Source of the DNA: an uncultured bacterium
Lineage (GTDB): Bacteria; Zhuqueibacterota; QNDG01; DTFT01
Direction: 5' to 3'
DNA: 64,000 nt
Assembly: GCA_963736115.1 (NCBI GenBank)
Contig: CAVTNR010000017.1
Span: forward strand, 32,001 to 96,000
Below are positions 24,101-32,816 of the stretch, piece by piece; positions within the stretch are counted from its first letter, which is position 1; every line of letters begins with the position of its first letter. The notes beneath the pieces are model-generated. The model saw nothing but the letters and a program-made list of their open reading frames with translations. It was not told the DNA's origin and made no database searches. The position numbers and the translations under genes are program-made.

Positions 24101-24688
24101 GAAGCGCCGAGGCGAAACGGTTTTCGAAAGTTCCGCCTCGGACCACGGCAACCAGCGGACAGGAACGGGCGCCGACCGGCCGGCCGGCGTCCCGTCCGCC
24201 GAATAGGATACGCGGTTGACAATGGTTTCGGAGTAGTTGGATTTCAGAACCCTGCAATGGAGCCGGAGGGTGACGGACGCGCCGGGATCAATCGAGGGAA
24301 GAATCCACTCGACCGCATTTCCCCGGACCGTGCCCGAAGGAACGGATGAAACGAGGGAGAGCATGACGGGAAGCGAGTCCGTGATCGTGACCCGGGTCAG
24401 GCGGGCGGTTCCCGCGTTCCTCGCCGTGATTTCATACGCGAGGGTGTCGCCAGCGGACACGGACGTGCGGGAGGCGGTCTTCACCACCTCCAGCACGCCG
24501 GCCCTGACTTCGGTCACGACCGTGTCGGTCGGCAGGGTGACCACCGTGCCGGCGCCGCCGTCATACGACACATAGGCCGTATTCACGATGGCGGCGCCGG
24601 CCGGGGCCTGTGCCGCCCATGCCGAACCGGTCAGGATCGCTGTGAACAATCCGGACAGTAAGGAAAATTTACTGTTCTGCCGCTTCAT
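21155..24688 (-). CDS. Multi-DUF11 (TIGR01451) protein: N-terminal half-domain, 8 full DUF11 repeats, C-terminal SdrD-B-like domain
   Basis: Repeated LxKxx..GDTLxY..N.G..V.D.LP..IxNxA; C-terminal GKVYEDLDGNASHDRGEPG. Confidence 0.85.
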   Translation of the reverse strand: MKRQNSKFSLLSGLFTAILTGSAWAAQAPAGAAIVNTAYVSYDGGAGTVVTLPTDTVVTEVRAGVLEVVKTASRTSVSAGDTLAYEITARNAGTARLTRVTITDSLPVMLSLVSSVPSGTVRGNAVEWILPSIDPGASVTLRLHCRVLKSNYSETIVNRVSYSADGTPAGRSAPVPVRWLPWSEAELSKTVSPRRFYAGDTLAYALTARNTGVTDLTHVAVRDTLPEGLTFLSSDRTVEVDGSVVSWTVDLLPKDGQARLTLLARALSGAAGDTLLNRAVLVSSEADSDTASAAAVSLGPGAGIELVKLARDTAYAAGDTIAYSLVLRGSGVRPLVDVTLTDTLPPGLAFIHASHGGVCADSIVTWQFSGLEPDFGDTLKLMAGITVPVRDGTRIRNEAWARAAFGVRDSSAWEIRVSSKPGILFEKRAGASECAPGDTLEYLMTASNTGTEVLNSVTVSDILPAGLDLISSDPAADTSGGVLTWTIGSLDYRTSREFRLRARVSATVSGDTIRNTARFTSVETGPVLASAASAFRNTGSGIEIIKQAAKRTWWAGDTLTYDLILSNGVPAQSTTVTVLDTLNPRLKFMSATHGGTCRDSIVTWTLRNLSPGFHDTLRLTVTVPRPVPDSTFIDNRVWAVSSAGAQDSSRWGITVISPPVLALEITGPRTTFIGDTIRYRLVSTNIGDIPAFNPVLTDTLPEYLEFIGATADWTFDASARTVTAAPKTGAGTGSGSTGAVIWRLPDLVPGDRDTVFLDVRVTERLGSRTRVDNIAWLTCVHSTGAIRVTDAAITLLPGNGLWLSKTVDKTTAVSGDTLSYVLRFGVPDRDVTGDVRITDFLPPELALVPESVLLKPSARLVSYDPVTNLLEFVQSGLAAGRPDSIVLKTVVRPGLAPGVLEIENTARIICDGDTALSADHSRTQARTRLVRSFLDVHKTVNRKTAQGGDVLTYTVTCLNQSADDSLVSVMVFDRLPKGFRYEPGTTRIDSIPGPDPSVTESGGRPLMTWTIRRAVPPAGSVQIKYRVRIGLSAGRGELKNLATATASTAGGVLVVSPEASAAVLVSGGAFDERGLIIGKVYEDLDGNASHDRGEPGIGNIELILEDGTRVRTDTFGKYSIPDVGEGQHVVRLNEKTLPEGTRVTVSDFGFLDDPKSRLVLVPPGGMAKANFTIEKSR

Positions 24689-24699
24689 ATCTCCCGGTG

Positions 24700-24719
24700 A
24701 CCGTCCCGTTGGGGACGGT
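24700..24719 (-). terminator. Intercistronic hairpin after the putative major subunit
   Basis: ACCGTCCC-GTTG-GGGACGGT. Confidence 0.55.
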
Positions 24720-26380
24720 TAATCGATGACCACCTGGAACGAAACCGTCACCGAAGCGCCGGCTGCAACCGTTCCCACTCCGAAAACCGCAGTCGTGCCG
24801 TCGCACTCGCTTTCATCGGTCGGAGAGTCGGAGGCGTCGGTTGGATTCGCGGCGCCGACATACAGAGTTCCGGACTGATAGGTGGTGTTCGCCGGAACAG
24901 CGTCCTTGACAACGACATTGGTCGCGTCTCCGGACCCGCTGTTGGTGATCGTGACCGAATAGGTCAGCGTGGCTCCCGGGGGTTGGTCGCCGGCGGGGGA
25001 CACTTCCTTGTCGAGGCTGAGGACGGGAGCCGTCACCGTGGTGGTGGCGGTCTCGTCGCTGGTGGCCGAGTTGTCGTCCGATGTGGCGCGGAACACGGAA
25101 GCGTCCACGGTGGCGTCCGCCGTCCCCGCGGGTATGGTCGCGACCGCCCACATGGCCTGGGAGCCGCCCGATGCAATCGAACCGGTGTTCGTGGCGGCTA
25201 CGTCGCCGGCGTCGAAAATGCCGTTGTCGTTGGCGTCGATGTAAAACGTCCATGACCAGGTCTGGGTGCTCGACACGTTGGAGAGCGTGTAGCTGTCCGC
25301 CCCGTTTCCGCTGTTGTTCACCGTGATCAGGTAGCGGACCACGTCTCCGGGATCGCCGCTCTGGGAGGCCGGAGCGATGTCGGTCGAGAAACCGTAGGTT
25401 TCGTTCACGGTCACGCGTCGGCCGTTGGTGTTGTTCGCGACCGCGACGACCTGCGTGTACGGCTGGGTGGCGCTGTCGTTGTAGTCAAGCGTGATCTGGT
25501 TGTCGATGGTGGTTCCGGCGGCCAGGGGCGAGTTCACCTGCACCTGGTAGGTGATGGTGCCGGATCCGCCCGCGGTCACGTTGCCGACGGACACCGGAAC
25601 GCCTGAGCCCGTGCCCGTGGGCGTACCGTTGAGCGTCACGTTGCCCACCCACGCGCAGTTGGCAGGCACCGGAAGGGCGACGGATACGCCGTAGGCCGTC
25701 TCGGAGTTGGTGTCGTTGCTGTTGCCGTAGGTGACCGTGTAGGTGATGACGTCGCCCGGATCCTTGGCAACGGCGTCCGGAGAAAGGCCGGCGGTCATCA
25801 GGGCGGCCTGGACGGTGGTGGTCAGAACCGAATTGTCGGTCGCGGCGCCGCTGCCCTGCGACGTTGCGGTCACGGTGGTCACGTACTGTTCACCCTGGGT
25901 GCCGTCCGCGTCGGAAACGACCACAACAAGATAATAAACGGAGTCTGCGGCAAGAGCGGACGTCGCGGACACGACTGATTCGCCTGCGTCATAAACTCCG
26001 TCCCGGTCCGTGTCCTCGTAAATGGTGACCGTGTGGCCGGAGCCGGTTGTGAGCTGGGACAGATCGAACGTGTCCGTCCCGTTCCCGGTGTTCTCGACGG
26101 TCAGGGCATAGGTCACGCTCTGGTTGCGCGGCAGGTTCTTGGACTGCGTGGACTCGATATCCACGCCGAAGGCCTGCGCGACCGTGGTCGACACTTCATC
26201 GGACTCGATTCGTGTCGCGGGGTCGTCGACGTCGGCGATGACATTGCCGTTTGCGTCGCTGTAGCCGCCGTAGGCCCGGTTGGTGATGACCGTTCCGGCA
26301 GGCGTGCCCGCCGCGAACGTCTGCGCCGCGAGGCCGAAGGCCAGCAGCACAGTCATTGCGAATGACATCTTCCTGTTCAT
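24719..26380 (-). CDS. DUF11 protein, putative major fibre subunit (553 aa)
   Basis: Sec signal peptide then AGTPAGTVITNRAY; Ig domains with DxDxDG-type loops; C-terminally truncated DUF11 ending SFQVVID; AAGGAG RBS. Confidence 0.85.
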   Translation of the reverse strand: MNRKMSFAMTVLLAFGLAAQTFAAGTPAGTVITNRAYGGYSDANGNVIADVDDPATRIESDEVSTTVAQAFGVDIESTQSKNLPRNQSVTYALTVENTGNGTDTFDLSQLTTGSGHTVTIYEDTDRDGVYDAGESVVSATSALAADSVYYLVVVVSDADGTQGEQYVTTVTATSQGSGAATDNSVLTTTVQAALMTAGLSPDAVAKDPGDVITYTVTYGNSNDTNSETAYGVSVALPVPANCAWVGNVTLNGTPTGTGSGVPVSVGNVTAGGSGTITYQVQVNSPLAAGTTIDNQITLDYNDSATQPYTQVVAVANNTNGRRVTVNETYGFSTDIAPASQSGDPGDVVRYLITVNNSGNGADSYTLSNVSSTQTWSWTFYIDANDNGIFDAGDVAATNTGSIASGGSQAMWAVATIPAGTADATVDASVFRATSDDNSATSDETATTTVTAPVLSLDKEVSPAGDQPPGATLTYSVTITNSGSGDATNVVVKDAVPANTTYQSGTLYVGAANPTDASDSPTDESECDGTTAVFGVGTVAAGASVTVSFQVVID

Positions 26381-26455
26381 TGCTGTTGCTCCTTGTCTTG
26401 GTTTTTTAACAGTTTCGATTGCCGTTGATGACACAGTTCCGGTCTTCGTCCGGCG

Positions 26456-26506
26456 CTACGGAGGGCCGTGATTGGCGGATCCTCCCCGATAGTCGAGGGA
26501 TCTCAT
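26456..26506 (-). CDS. 16-aa leader peptide MRSLDYRGGSANHGPP
   Basis: AAGGAGGT RBS 6 nt before the ATG; ends in HGPP-stop. Confidence 0.55.
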   Translation of the reverse strand: MRSLDYRGGSANHGPP

Positions 26507-26561
26507 ACAGATACCTCCTTTTCTTTTTTTTTGTTTATACTTTATTAATTTAAATATCGCA

Positions 26562-27044
26562 TTATTCCACAACCGCGCGGAAGGACAGGGTCTTCCGCCC
26601 CCCAGGCGCCAGAGTGTCTTTCAGGATCCACTTGATGTGCGTAACCTCTTCATTTCTGGCCGGCCGTTCGATTTTCACGCCATTGACGTTGGTGGCCGTT
26701 ACCATCACGGGCCATACCGAGTAGACCATCCCCTTGTTGACCGAGAACACGATTCTGCAGTTGTCGCCTCTGGCCGAGTCGACGATGTAACGGACACCCT
26801 CCGGAACGGGATCCACGACCTCGGGCTGGGTCATGACCCCTGTCCCCGCGTTCCCGGCGAGAATGACGTATTCAATGGTATCGCCGGGCGCATAGGACAC
26901 CGGCGTTTTGCCGGATATTTCGTCCGCGGTCATGTTGATTTTCCGCTCGGAGACGTCCAGCTGCAGCTTCGGCTTCCCCTGGGCGAACGCCTGGAGGGCG
27001 GTCAGGGCCAGTCCGAGAGACAGGATGATGCGGATGCGTTTCAT
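26562..27044 (-). CDS. Small single truncated-DUF11 protein (candidate chaperone)
   Basis: Signal peptide; PGDTIEY..N.G..VVDPVP..VTHIKW..LAPG..LSFRAVVE-stop. Confidence 0.8.
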   Translation of the reverse strand: MKRIRIILSLGLALTALQAFAQGKPKLQLDVSERKINMTADEISGKTPVSYAPGDTIEYVILAGNAGTGVMTQPEVVDPVPEGVRYIVDSARGDNCRIVFSVNKGMVYSVWPVMVTATNVNGVKIERPARNEEVTHIKWILKDTLAPGGRKTLSFRAVVE

Positions 27045-27070
27045 GGTGTTTCCCCCTTCGTGGATGGTGG

Positions 27071-30000
27071 TCATTGTATCCTCACTCTGAATGTGACTTC
27101 GCCGGATTCAGCCGGCGCCAGCGCGGAAGGCCGCTGGAACCTGATGTGCGTGACCGGCGCCGTGTCTGCGCCGTCGTAACTGGAACCGCCGTTGTGGCTG
27201 TAAAAGACGTTCATGCCGGATGCGGAGACGGATCCGGTGACGAAGGTGGTGCGTGCCGGTATGGTCTCCAGGACGGTTACGGCCGTGGCGTTTCCGTCCC
27301 CGATGTTCTCGTATCCGATGGTGTAGGTCAGTTCTTCGCCCGGCGCGGCGGTTCCCTTGTCCACGGACTTGGAAAGAACAAGCTGGGGAGCGCCGACGCC
27401 CGTGCCCTGGATGGCAAAGGTGTAGGGATTCTCATCCGAGTCGTTGTTCTCGATGGAGACGGAGGCGGAACGGGCGCCGATGGCCGACGGATTGAATGTG
27501 ATCTGGAACGAGGTGCTGTCACCCATCGGGTCCACGGCGGACTCGGGCGTCAGGGTCACGGTGAAATCGGAGGCGTGGGCGCCGGAAACGGAGACATGGG
27601 GGGAACCGCCGGTCAGGGTCAGCACCGCGCTGCCCGGATTCCGGATTTTGAACGTGTGGGTGACCGTCGCCCCGGAGACCGGGGCGTTCCCGAAGTCCGT
27701 GTCGTCCGCGACGGACGGGGTCGCGTCGCCGCTGGCGATCTCCACGTCCCGGCCGGTCACCTTGATTTCGGGGGCCGCCGTTCCGGTGCCCTGAACGGTG
27801 AAGTTGTAGGGATTCTCGTCCGAATCGCCGTTGAAGATCCGGATCTCGGCCTGCCGCAGTCCCGTGAGAGTCGGGTTGAAAGTCACCCGGAAGGTCAGGG
27901 ATCCGCCGCCCGCGGGCACGACGCCGGAGGAAGGCTGCTGGCTGACCAGGAAATCGCCGGCATTCGCGCCCGTGATTTCCACGCGCGGCGTGCCGGTCAG
28001 GCTCAGGTCCGCGCTGCCGGTGTTGAAAATCGTAAAGGTGCGGGTGATGGTATCCGTCAGAATGTCCCCGCTGCCGAAATCCGTGGAATCCGTGACGGAC
28101 GGAGCGGCGTCTCCGTCCGCGATGGATACGCCGTTGCCCCGCACGTCCATTTCCGGAGTCGCGGTGCCGGTGCCCTGGATGGAGAAGTTGTACGGATTCT
28201 CGTCCGGGTCCGTGTTGGCGACGGTGATTTCAGCGGACCGGAGTCCGACGGCGGAGGGGTTGAAGCGCACGACGAAGGTCACGGAGCCGTTGACGGCCAC
28301 GGTGCCGGACGCGGGCTGGGTCACGACGCTGAAATCCGCCCCGTTCGCGCCCGCGATCTGGACACGGGGCGAACCGGTCAGGAGGAGGGACTCGGTGGCG
28401 GTGCCCAGGTTCCGGATGGTGAAGGTGCGGTCGATCGTGCCCGTGAGGATGTCGAGGCTCCCGAAATCCGTGTGGTCCGACAGGGAAGGCGCGGTGTCTC
28501 CGTCGGGGATCGACACGGAATTGCCCTGCACGTCCATTTCCGGGGCCAGGCCCGTGCCCTGGATCGCGAAATTGTACGGATCCTCGTTCGAGTCGTTGTT
28601 GTAGATGGTGATGGTCGCGGACCGCAGGCCTATGCCGCCGGGGTCGAAGCGCACCTGGAAGGTGGTGGAAACGTTCCTCGCGATGGTCGAGGACGGGTCG
28701 ACGATCACGGTGAAGTCCGCGGCGTGTGTCCCGCCGATCTCCACGAGGGGCGTGCCGTACAGGGTCAGTGCGGCTGCGCCGGTGTTGCGGATGGTGAACG
28801 TCCGCCTGACGGTTCCGAGATAAGCCGAAGCGCTGCCGAATTCCGTGCTGTCCAGAACGGACGGCGTGGCATCACCGTCCGCGATGGTCCTGTTGTTGCC
28901 TCGCACATCGATTTCAGGGAAAGTCGTCTGCCGGATGGCAGCGTCGCAATTCGTGATGAGAATGTTGGCGGTCATGAGGTAATTGGCCGTGTTCCCGGTT
29001 GTCGCGTTGGGATCGCTGTCCAGGTCGTCGTTGCCGCCCAGGTTCTGCTTTCCTATGATGTAACCGCCCGGCAGGCCGCCGTTGAAATTCACGTAGTACT
29101 GGGATCCAGCGGTCAGTCCGCCGAAGTAGTAGAATCCGTCCGAATTGGTCGTGGTCGTTGATGTCAGAACCCCGCCGGATGTGTACAGCCGCACCAGAAC
29201 GCCGGGCACGCCGAGTTCACCCGAATCCTGTATCCCGTCGTTGTCCGTGTCCTCCCAGACCCGGTCCCCGATGCCCGTGGTGCGCACGCCGGCGTCGTAC
29301 AAGTCTTTGATTTCGCCCGCGGACAGGCTGAATGTCGCCGTAATGCCGGTCGCATCCGCGTCGCTGTCGATGAAGTCGTTCGATCCCTGATCCCGCAGGG
29401 CGAAGGAAAAGCCGGCGGGAAGTCCGGAGAACCGGAGGTAGTATTGCCCCACGGTGATGCCGCTGAAACCGTACGCGCCGTCCCCGTCCGTCACCGTCGA
29501 CGCCACTATTGCGCCGCCGCTGGTGTGCAGGGTGACGGTCACGCCGGACATTCCGGGTTCCTCCGAATCCTGGATGCCGTCGTTGTCCTGGTCGATCCAC
29601 ACGAAATTGCCCGCGTAGCCCGTGCTCGGGAAGGGCGCCGGGGCGAGGGGGCAGGAAGCGCCGTCGTTGTTGTTCAGGCCTGATACGCCGGTGCCGATAT
29701 ACACGCTCTCGCCCGAGGAAACATCGATACGATACAAACGGCCGCTCTGGTTGTTTCCCGCGTACAGATAGCCGTCGCTGGCCGTCCACGTGGCGCCCCA
29801 GGTGCCGTTGTTGATGCCCGCGTCATAATCGTCCGCCAGGCTGCCGGTGATGGAAGAAGCGACTGTCTGCCCCGATGATCCGTTGAAACGGTAGAGCTCC
29901 TTGTAGTACACCCCCCAGAAATACCCGTCCTGCGTCCGGTAGGCCATGTCGCGCGCGAGAAAGGCCGGTCCGCCCGTGGCCTGTGTTGTCACCGTGTTCG

Positions 30001-32815
30001 CGCTGATGTCGTATCGCGCCATCTGGGTTCCTGCGTCGTTGATCACGTACAGATTTCCCGAAAGGTCGCAGTCTCCCACCCACCCAAGCCAGGGCGCGGC
30101 CCTCATGTTGGTGATGGCTCCGGCCTCGTCGATGCGGATGAAGCGGTCTCCGCTGTAAACGGACCCGCGCTCGATGGCGTACATGAATCCGTCCTCGTAA
30201 TTGTACCCCACGGCATTGATCGTGTATCCGGCGGAGCGGATGTTGATATAGGAATACGGGTTGGTCGAGGGATCGAGGTACGTGATGCTTCCGCTCGTCT
30301 CGTAGATGTGAAAGAACCGGGACATGCAGGGGATGGGATTGCCGGAGGATGTGCCCGTTCCCTGAATCGCGAACGTATAAGGGTTCTCGTCCGGATCATT
30401 GTTGCCGATCGTGACGAGGGCGGTCCGCAGATCGATCGCGGAAGGGTCGAATTCGATGGTGAACGTGACGCTGGCGTTGACGGCCACCGGCGTGGGCGGC
30501 TGGGCCGTGACCGTGAAATCCGAGGCATTCGTTCCTGAAATGCTCACGCGGGGCGAACCGGACAGGTTCAAGTCGTCGCTTCCGGAGTTGGAAATCGTGA
30601 AGGTCCTCGATTCGGTGACACTGCCCGCGGACTGGACGTCCCCGAAATCCGTGCCGTCCGCCGTTTCCGGCGCCAGATCGCCGCTCGCGATCGTGAGGCC
30701 GTTCCCGGACACGGCCATCTCCGGAAGAATGACGCCCCTGCCCTGAATGGAGAACGTGTACGGGTCCTCATTGTCGTCCACGTCGTCGTTGGCAATGCTG
30801 ATCACGGCCGTGCGGACTCCCGTCGCGGACGGGTTGAAACGCACGGTGAACAGAACCGTACTGCCCGGGGCGATGGGCGAACTCGGCTGGAGGGTCACGC
30901 TGAAGTCCGCGGCGTGCGTCCCGGAGAGCGCCACGAGGGGCGAGCCGGTCAGGCTCAGGTCCGACGTTCCCGCGTTCAGGATGGAATAATTGACCATCCG
31001 CACGCCTGAGGTGACTTCCACGCTTCCCAGATCCGTGCTGTCCGTTGCGGACGGTGTCGGGTCTCCGGACGCGATCTCGACCGAGTTGCCGGTCACAACG
31101 ATTTCGGGATCGTGCACGAGAACGCCTGCGCCGGAGAGCGGCGTGAATCCGTCCAATCCGGCGGATTTCTCGGAGGAGGCGTCGAGGCCGTCCAGCTGAA
31201 ACGCGCCGCTCTTCGAACCGGCGGCAGGGCCGGCCGCGGTTTCCGCGGAAATGCCGGTGCCCTGCAGGTTCAGGATCAAACGGCTCGCATCCGGATCGTT
31301 GTTCGTGATCGTGAGAAAGGCCGTTTTCAGCCCGACGGTCAGGGGACGGAAGCGCATCGACAGTTCCGTTTCCCCGGCCGGCGGCAGGAAGGATGCAGGC
31401 TGGTTGAGGATGAGGAAATGGGCGGCGTCGTTTCCTGACACGAACAGAGGCGTTTCGACAGCCAGGTCCGAACCGCCTGTATTGACGAGGGTGAAGGTGA
31501 CGAGTGGTTCCGAACCGAAATCGTAAGTCGCGCCGTCGACCAAGGGGGCGCCGTTCACGAGCACGCCGATCCGGCCGGGTTCCGCGGCTGTTTCTGGTAC
31601 GGCTTCGGCCGTGCCTGTCAGATATAAATAGTACGGATTCTCATCCGCGTCATTCGTTCCGATCGCAAGGGACGCGTTTTGGACGCCTGCGGACAAGGAA
31701 CTGAAGCGGACTGAGAAGGAGGTTTCGGCTCCTGGATCCACATCGCCGGATGGCTGTGAAACAACCCGGAATGCATCCGAACTGTCCAGCGTCAGCGGAA
31801 CGGTCAGGGTCAGAACTTCATTCCCTGCATTACGGACCGTGAAAGTGACGGTCGTGTCCGATCCGGCCGGGAGAGTTCCAAAATCCAGCGTTCCGCCTGA
31901 AGAAACCGCGAAGCCGCCCGCGACCGTCACATCCGCTTCCGCGGCTTTGGGCAGGCTGCCCTGGAAATCGATGCCGGTCGTGTCGGACAGGACGTCCATC
32001 AGTGTGACGTACGCGGGCGTCCAGTCCGCGTATCCGGCCTTTTCGGGCGTGAGCACGGTCGTCCGGCCGGCCGGAACGCTGTGGCTGAAATATCCGTCCG
32101 CATCCGTGATGCTGACGTGTCCATCGTGTGAAAAAGCGATTGTCGCGTCCGCCAGGGGCGCCGCGCCGTCCGTCACCCGTCCGGAGACTGTGATCCAGGT
32201 CACGGTTCCGGCGCCTTGGATGACGAAATAGAACGGATCATCGCCAGCGTCGCTGGAGGTAATCGTCACAACCGCGGTCCGCATCCCCTCGGCAGAGGGA
32301 GAGAACAGGATGTCAAAAGGCGTGGACGCTCCGGAACCCAGCGAGTCCGCGGGCGGGGCGGTGACCGCGAAATCGGAGGCGTGCGGGCCGGTGATCGCCA
32401 CTGCAGGGACACCAGTCAGGACCAGGGCTGTGGAATCCGTGTTCGTGATGACGAATGTCCGTTTCACGGCTCCAGATACAATATCCGCAGTCCCGAAATC
32501 CGTGCCGTTTGCCGCCGCAGGGGTTTCGGATCCGTTGACGATCCGTTCAGGCCCGAAATAAACGGCGAATCCGCCGGCCGGGATTTCCTGGCCGGAAAGG
32601 TTTGAAAATAGAGCCATGAGGCTCGAAAGAACCAGGCCGATGAACAGAGTGGAGAACAGGCCGCAGCTGCGGAGGCGCCGGCGGATTCCGGCATGAATCC
32701 GAGTCAGGATCCGAATGGAGTCAGTTGTCAGGATGTAAAATTGATCGGGGCTTCCTTCGGGGATGGAGGAGGCGGGGAAGTGACGACCAAAGAATGCCTT
32801 GTTCAGGATGAACAT
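27071..32815 (-). CDS. 1914-aa adhesin: multiple choice-of-anchor D domains, beta-propeller-like domain, 2 SdrD-B domains, C-terminal truncated DUF11
   Basis: Repeats of TDFG..RTFTIxN.G..L.LTG.P.V.I.G..A.DF..DENPY.F.IQGTG; no T9SS CTD. Confidence 0.85.
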   Translation of the reverse strand: MFILNKAFFGRHFPASSIPEGSPDQFYILTTDSIRILTRIHAGIRRRLRSCGLFSTLFIGLVLSSLMALFSNLSGQEIPAGGFAVYFGPERIVNGSETPAAANGTDFGTADIVSGAVKRTFVITNTDSTALVLTGVPAVAITGPHASDFAVTAPPADSLGSGASTPFDILFSPSAEGMRTAVVTITSSDAGDDPFYFVIQGAGTVTWITVSGRVTDGAAPLADATIAFSHDGHVSITDADGYFSHSVPAGRTTVLTPEKAGYADWTPAYVTLMDVLSDTTGIDFQGSLPKAAEADVTVAGGFAVSSGGTLDFGTLPAGSDTTVTFTVRNAGNEVLTLTVPLTLDSSDAFRVVSQPSGDVDPGAETSFSVRFSSLSAGVQNASLAIGTNDADENPYYLYLTGTAEAVPETAAEPGRIGVLVNGAPLVDGATYDFGSEPLVTFTLVNTGGSDLAVETPLFVSGNDAAHFLILNQPASFLPPAGETELSMRFRPLTVGLKTAFLTITNNDPDASRLILNLQGTGISAETAAGPAAGSKSGAFQLDGLDASSEKSAGLDGFTPLSGAGVLVHDPEIVVTGNSVEIASGDPTPSATDSTDLGSVEVTSGVRMVNYSILNAGTSDLSLTGSPLVALSGTHAADFSVTLQPSSPIAPGSTVLFTVRFNPSATGVRTAVISIANDDVDDNEDPYTFSIQGRGVILPEMAVSGNGLTIASGDLAPETADGTDFGDVQSAGSVTESRTFTISNSGSDDLNLSGSPRVSISGTNASDFTVTAQPPTPVAVNASVTFTIEFDPSAIDLRTALVTIGNNDPDENPYTFAIQGTGTSSGNPIPCMSRFFHIYETSGSITYLDPSTNPYSYINIRSAGYTINAVGYNYEDGFMYAIERGSVYSGDRFIRIDEAGAITNMRAAPWLGWVGDCDLSGNLYVINDAGTQMARYDISANTVTTQATGGPAFLARDMAYRTQDGYFWGVYYKELYRFNGSSGQTVASSITGSLADDYDAGINNGTWGATWTASDGYLYAGNNQSGRLYRIDVSSGESVYIGTGVSGLNNNDGASCPLAPAPFPSTGYAGNFVWIDQDNDGIQDSEEPGMSGVTVTLHTSGGAIVASTVTDGDGAYGFSGITVGQYYLRFSGLPAGFSFALRDQGSNDFIDSDADATGITATFSLSAGEIKDLYDAGVRTTGIGDRVWEDTDNDGIQDSGELGVPGVLVRLYTSGGVLTSTTTTNSDGFYYFGGLTAGSQYYVNFNGGLPGGYIIGKQNLGGNDDLDSDPNATTGNTANYLMTANILITNCDAAIRQTTFPEIDVRGNNRTIADGDATPSVLDSTEFGSASAYLGTVRRTFTIRNTGAAALTLYGTPLVEIGGTHAADFTVIVDPSSTIARNVSTTFQVRFDPGGIGLRSATITIYNNDSNEDPYNFAIQGTGLAPEMDVQGNSVSIPDGDTAPSLSDHTDFGSLDILTGTIDRTFTIRNLGTATESLLLTGSPRVQIAGANGADFSVVTQPASGTVAVNGSVTFVVRFNPSAVGLRSAEITVANTDPDENPYNFSIQGTGTATPEMDVRGNGVSIADGDAAPSVTDSTDFGSGDILTDTITRTFTIFNTGSADLSLTGTPRVEITGANAGDFLVSQQPSSGVVPAGGGSLTFRVTFNPTLTGLRQAEIRIFNGDSDENPYNFTVQGTGTAAPEIKVTGRDVEIASGDATPSVADDTDFGNAPVSGATVTHTFKIRNPGSAVLTLTGGSPHVSVSGAHASDFTVTLTPESAVDPMGDSTSFQITFNPSAIGARSASVSIENNDSDENPYTFAIQGTGVGAPQLVLSKSVDKGTAAPGEELTYTIGYENIGDGNATAVTVLETIPARTTFVTGSVSASGMNVFYSHNGGSSYDGADTAPVTHIRFQRPSALAPAESGEVTFRVRIQ

Positions 32816-32816
32816 C

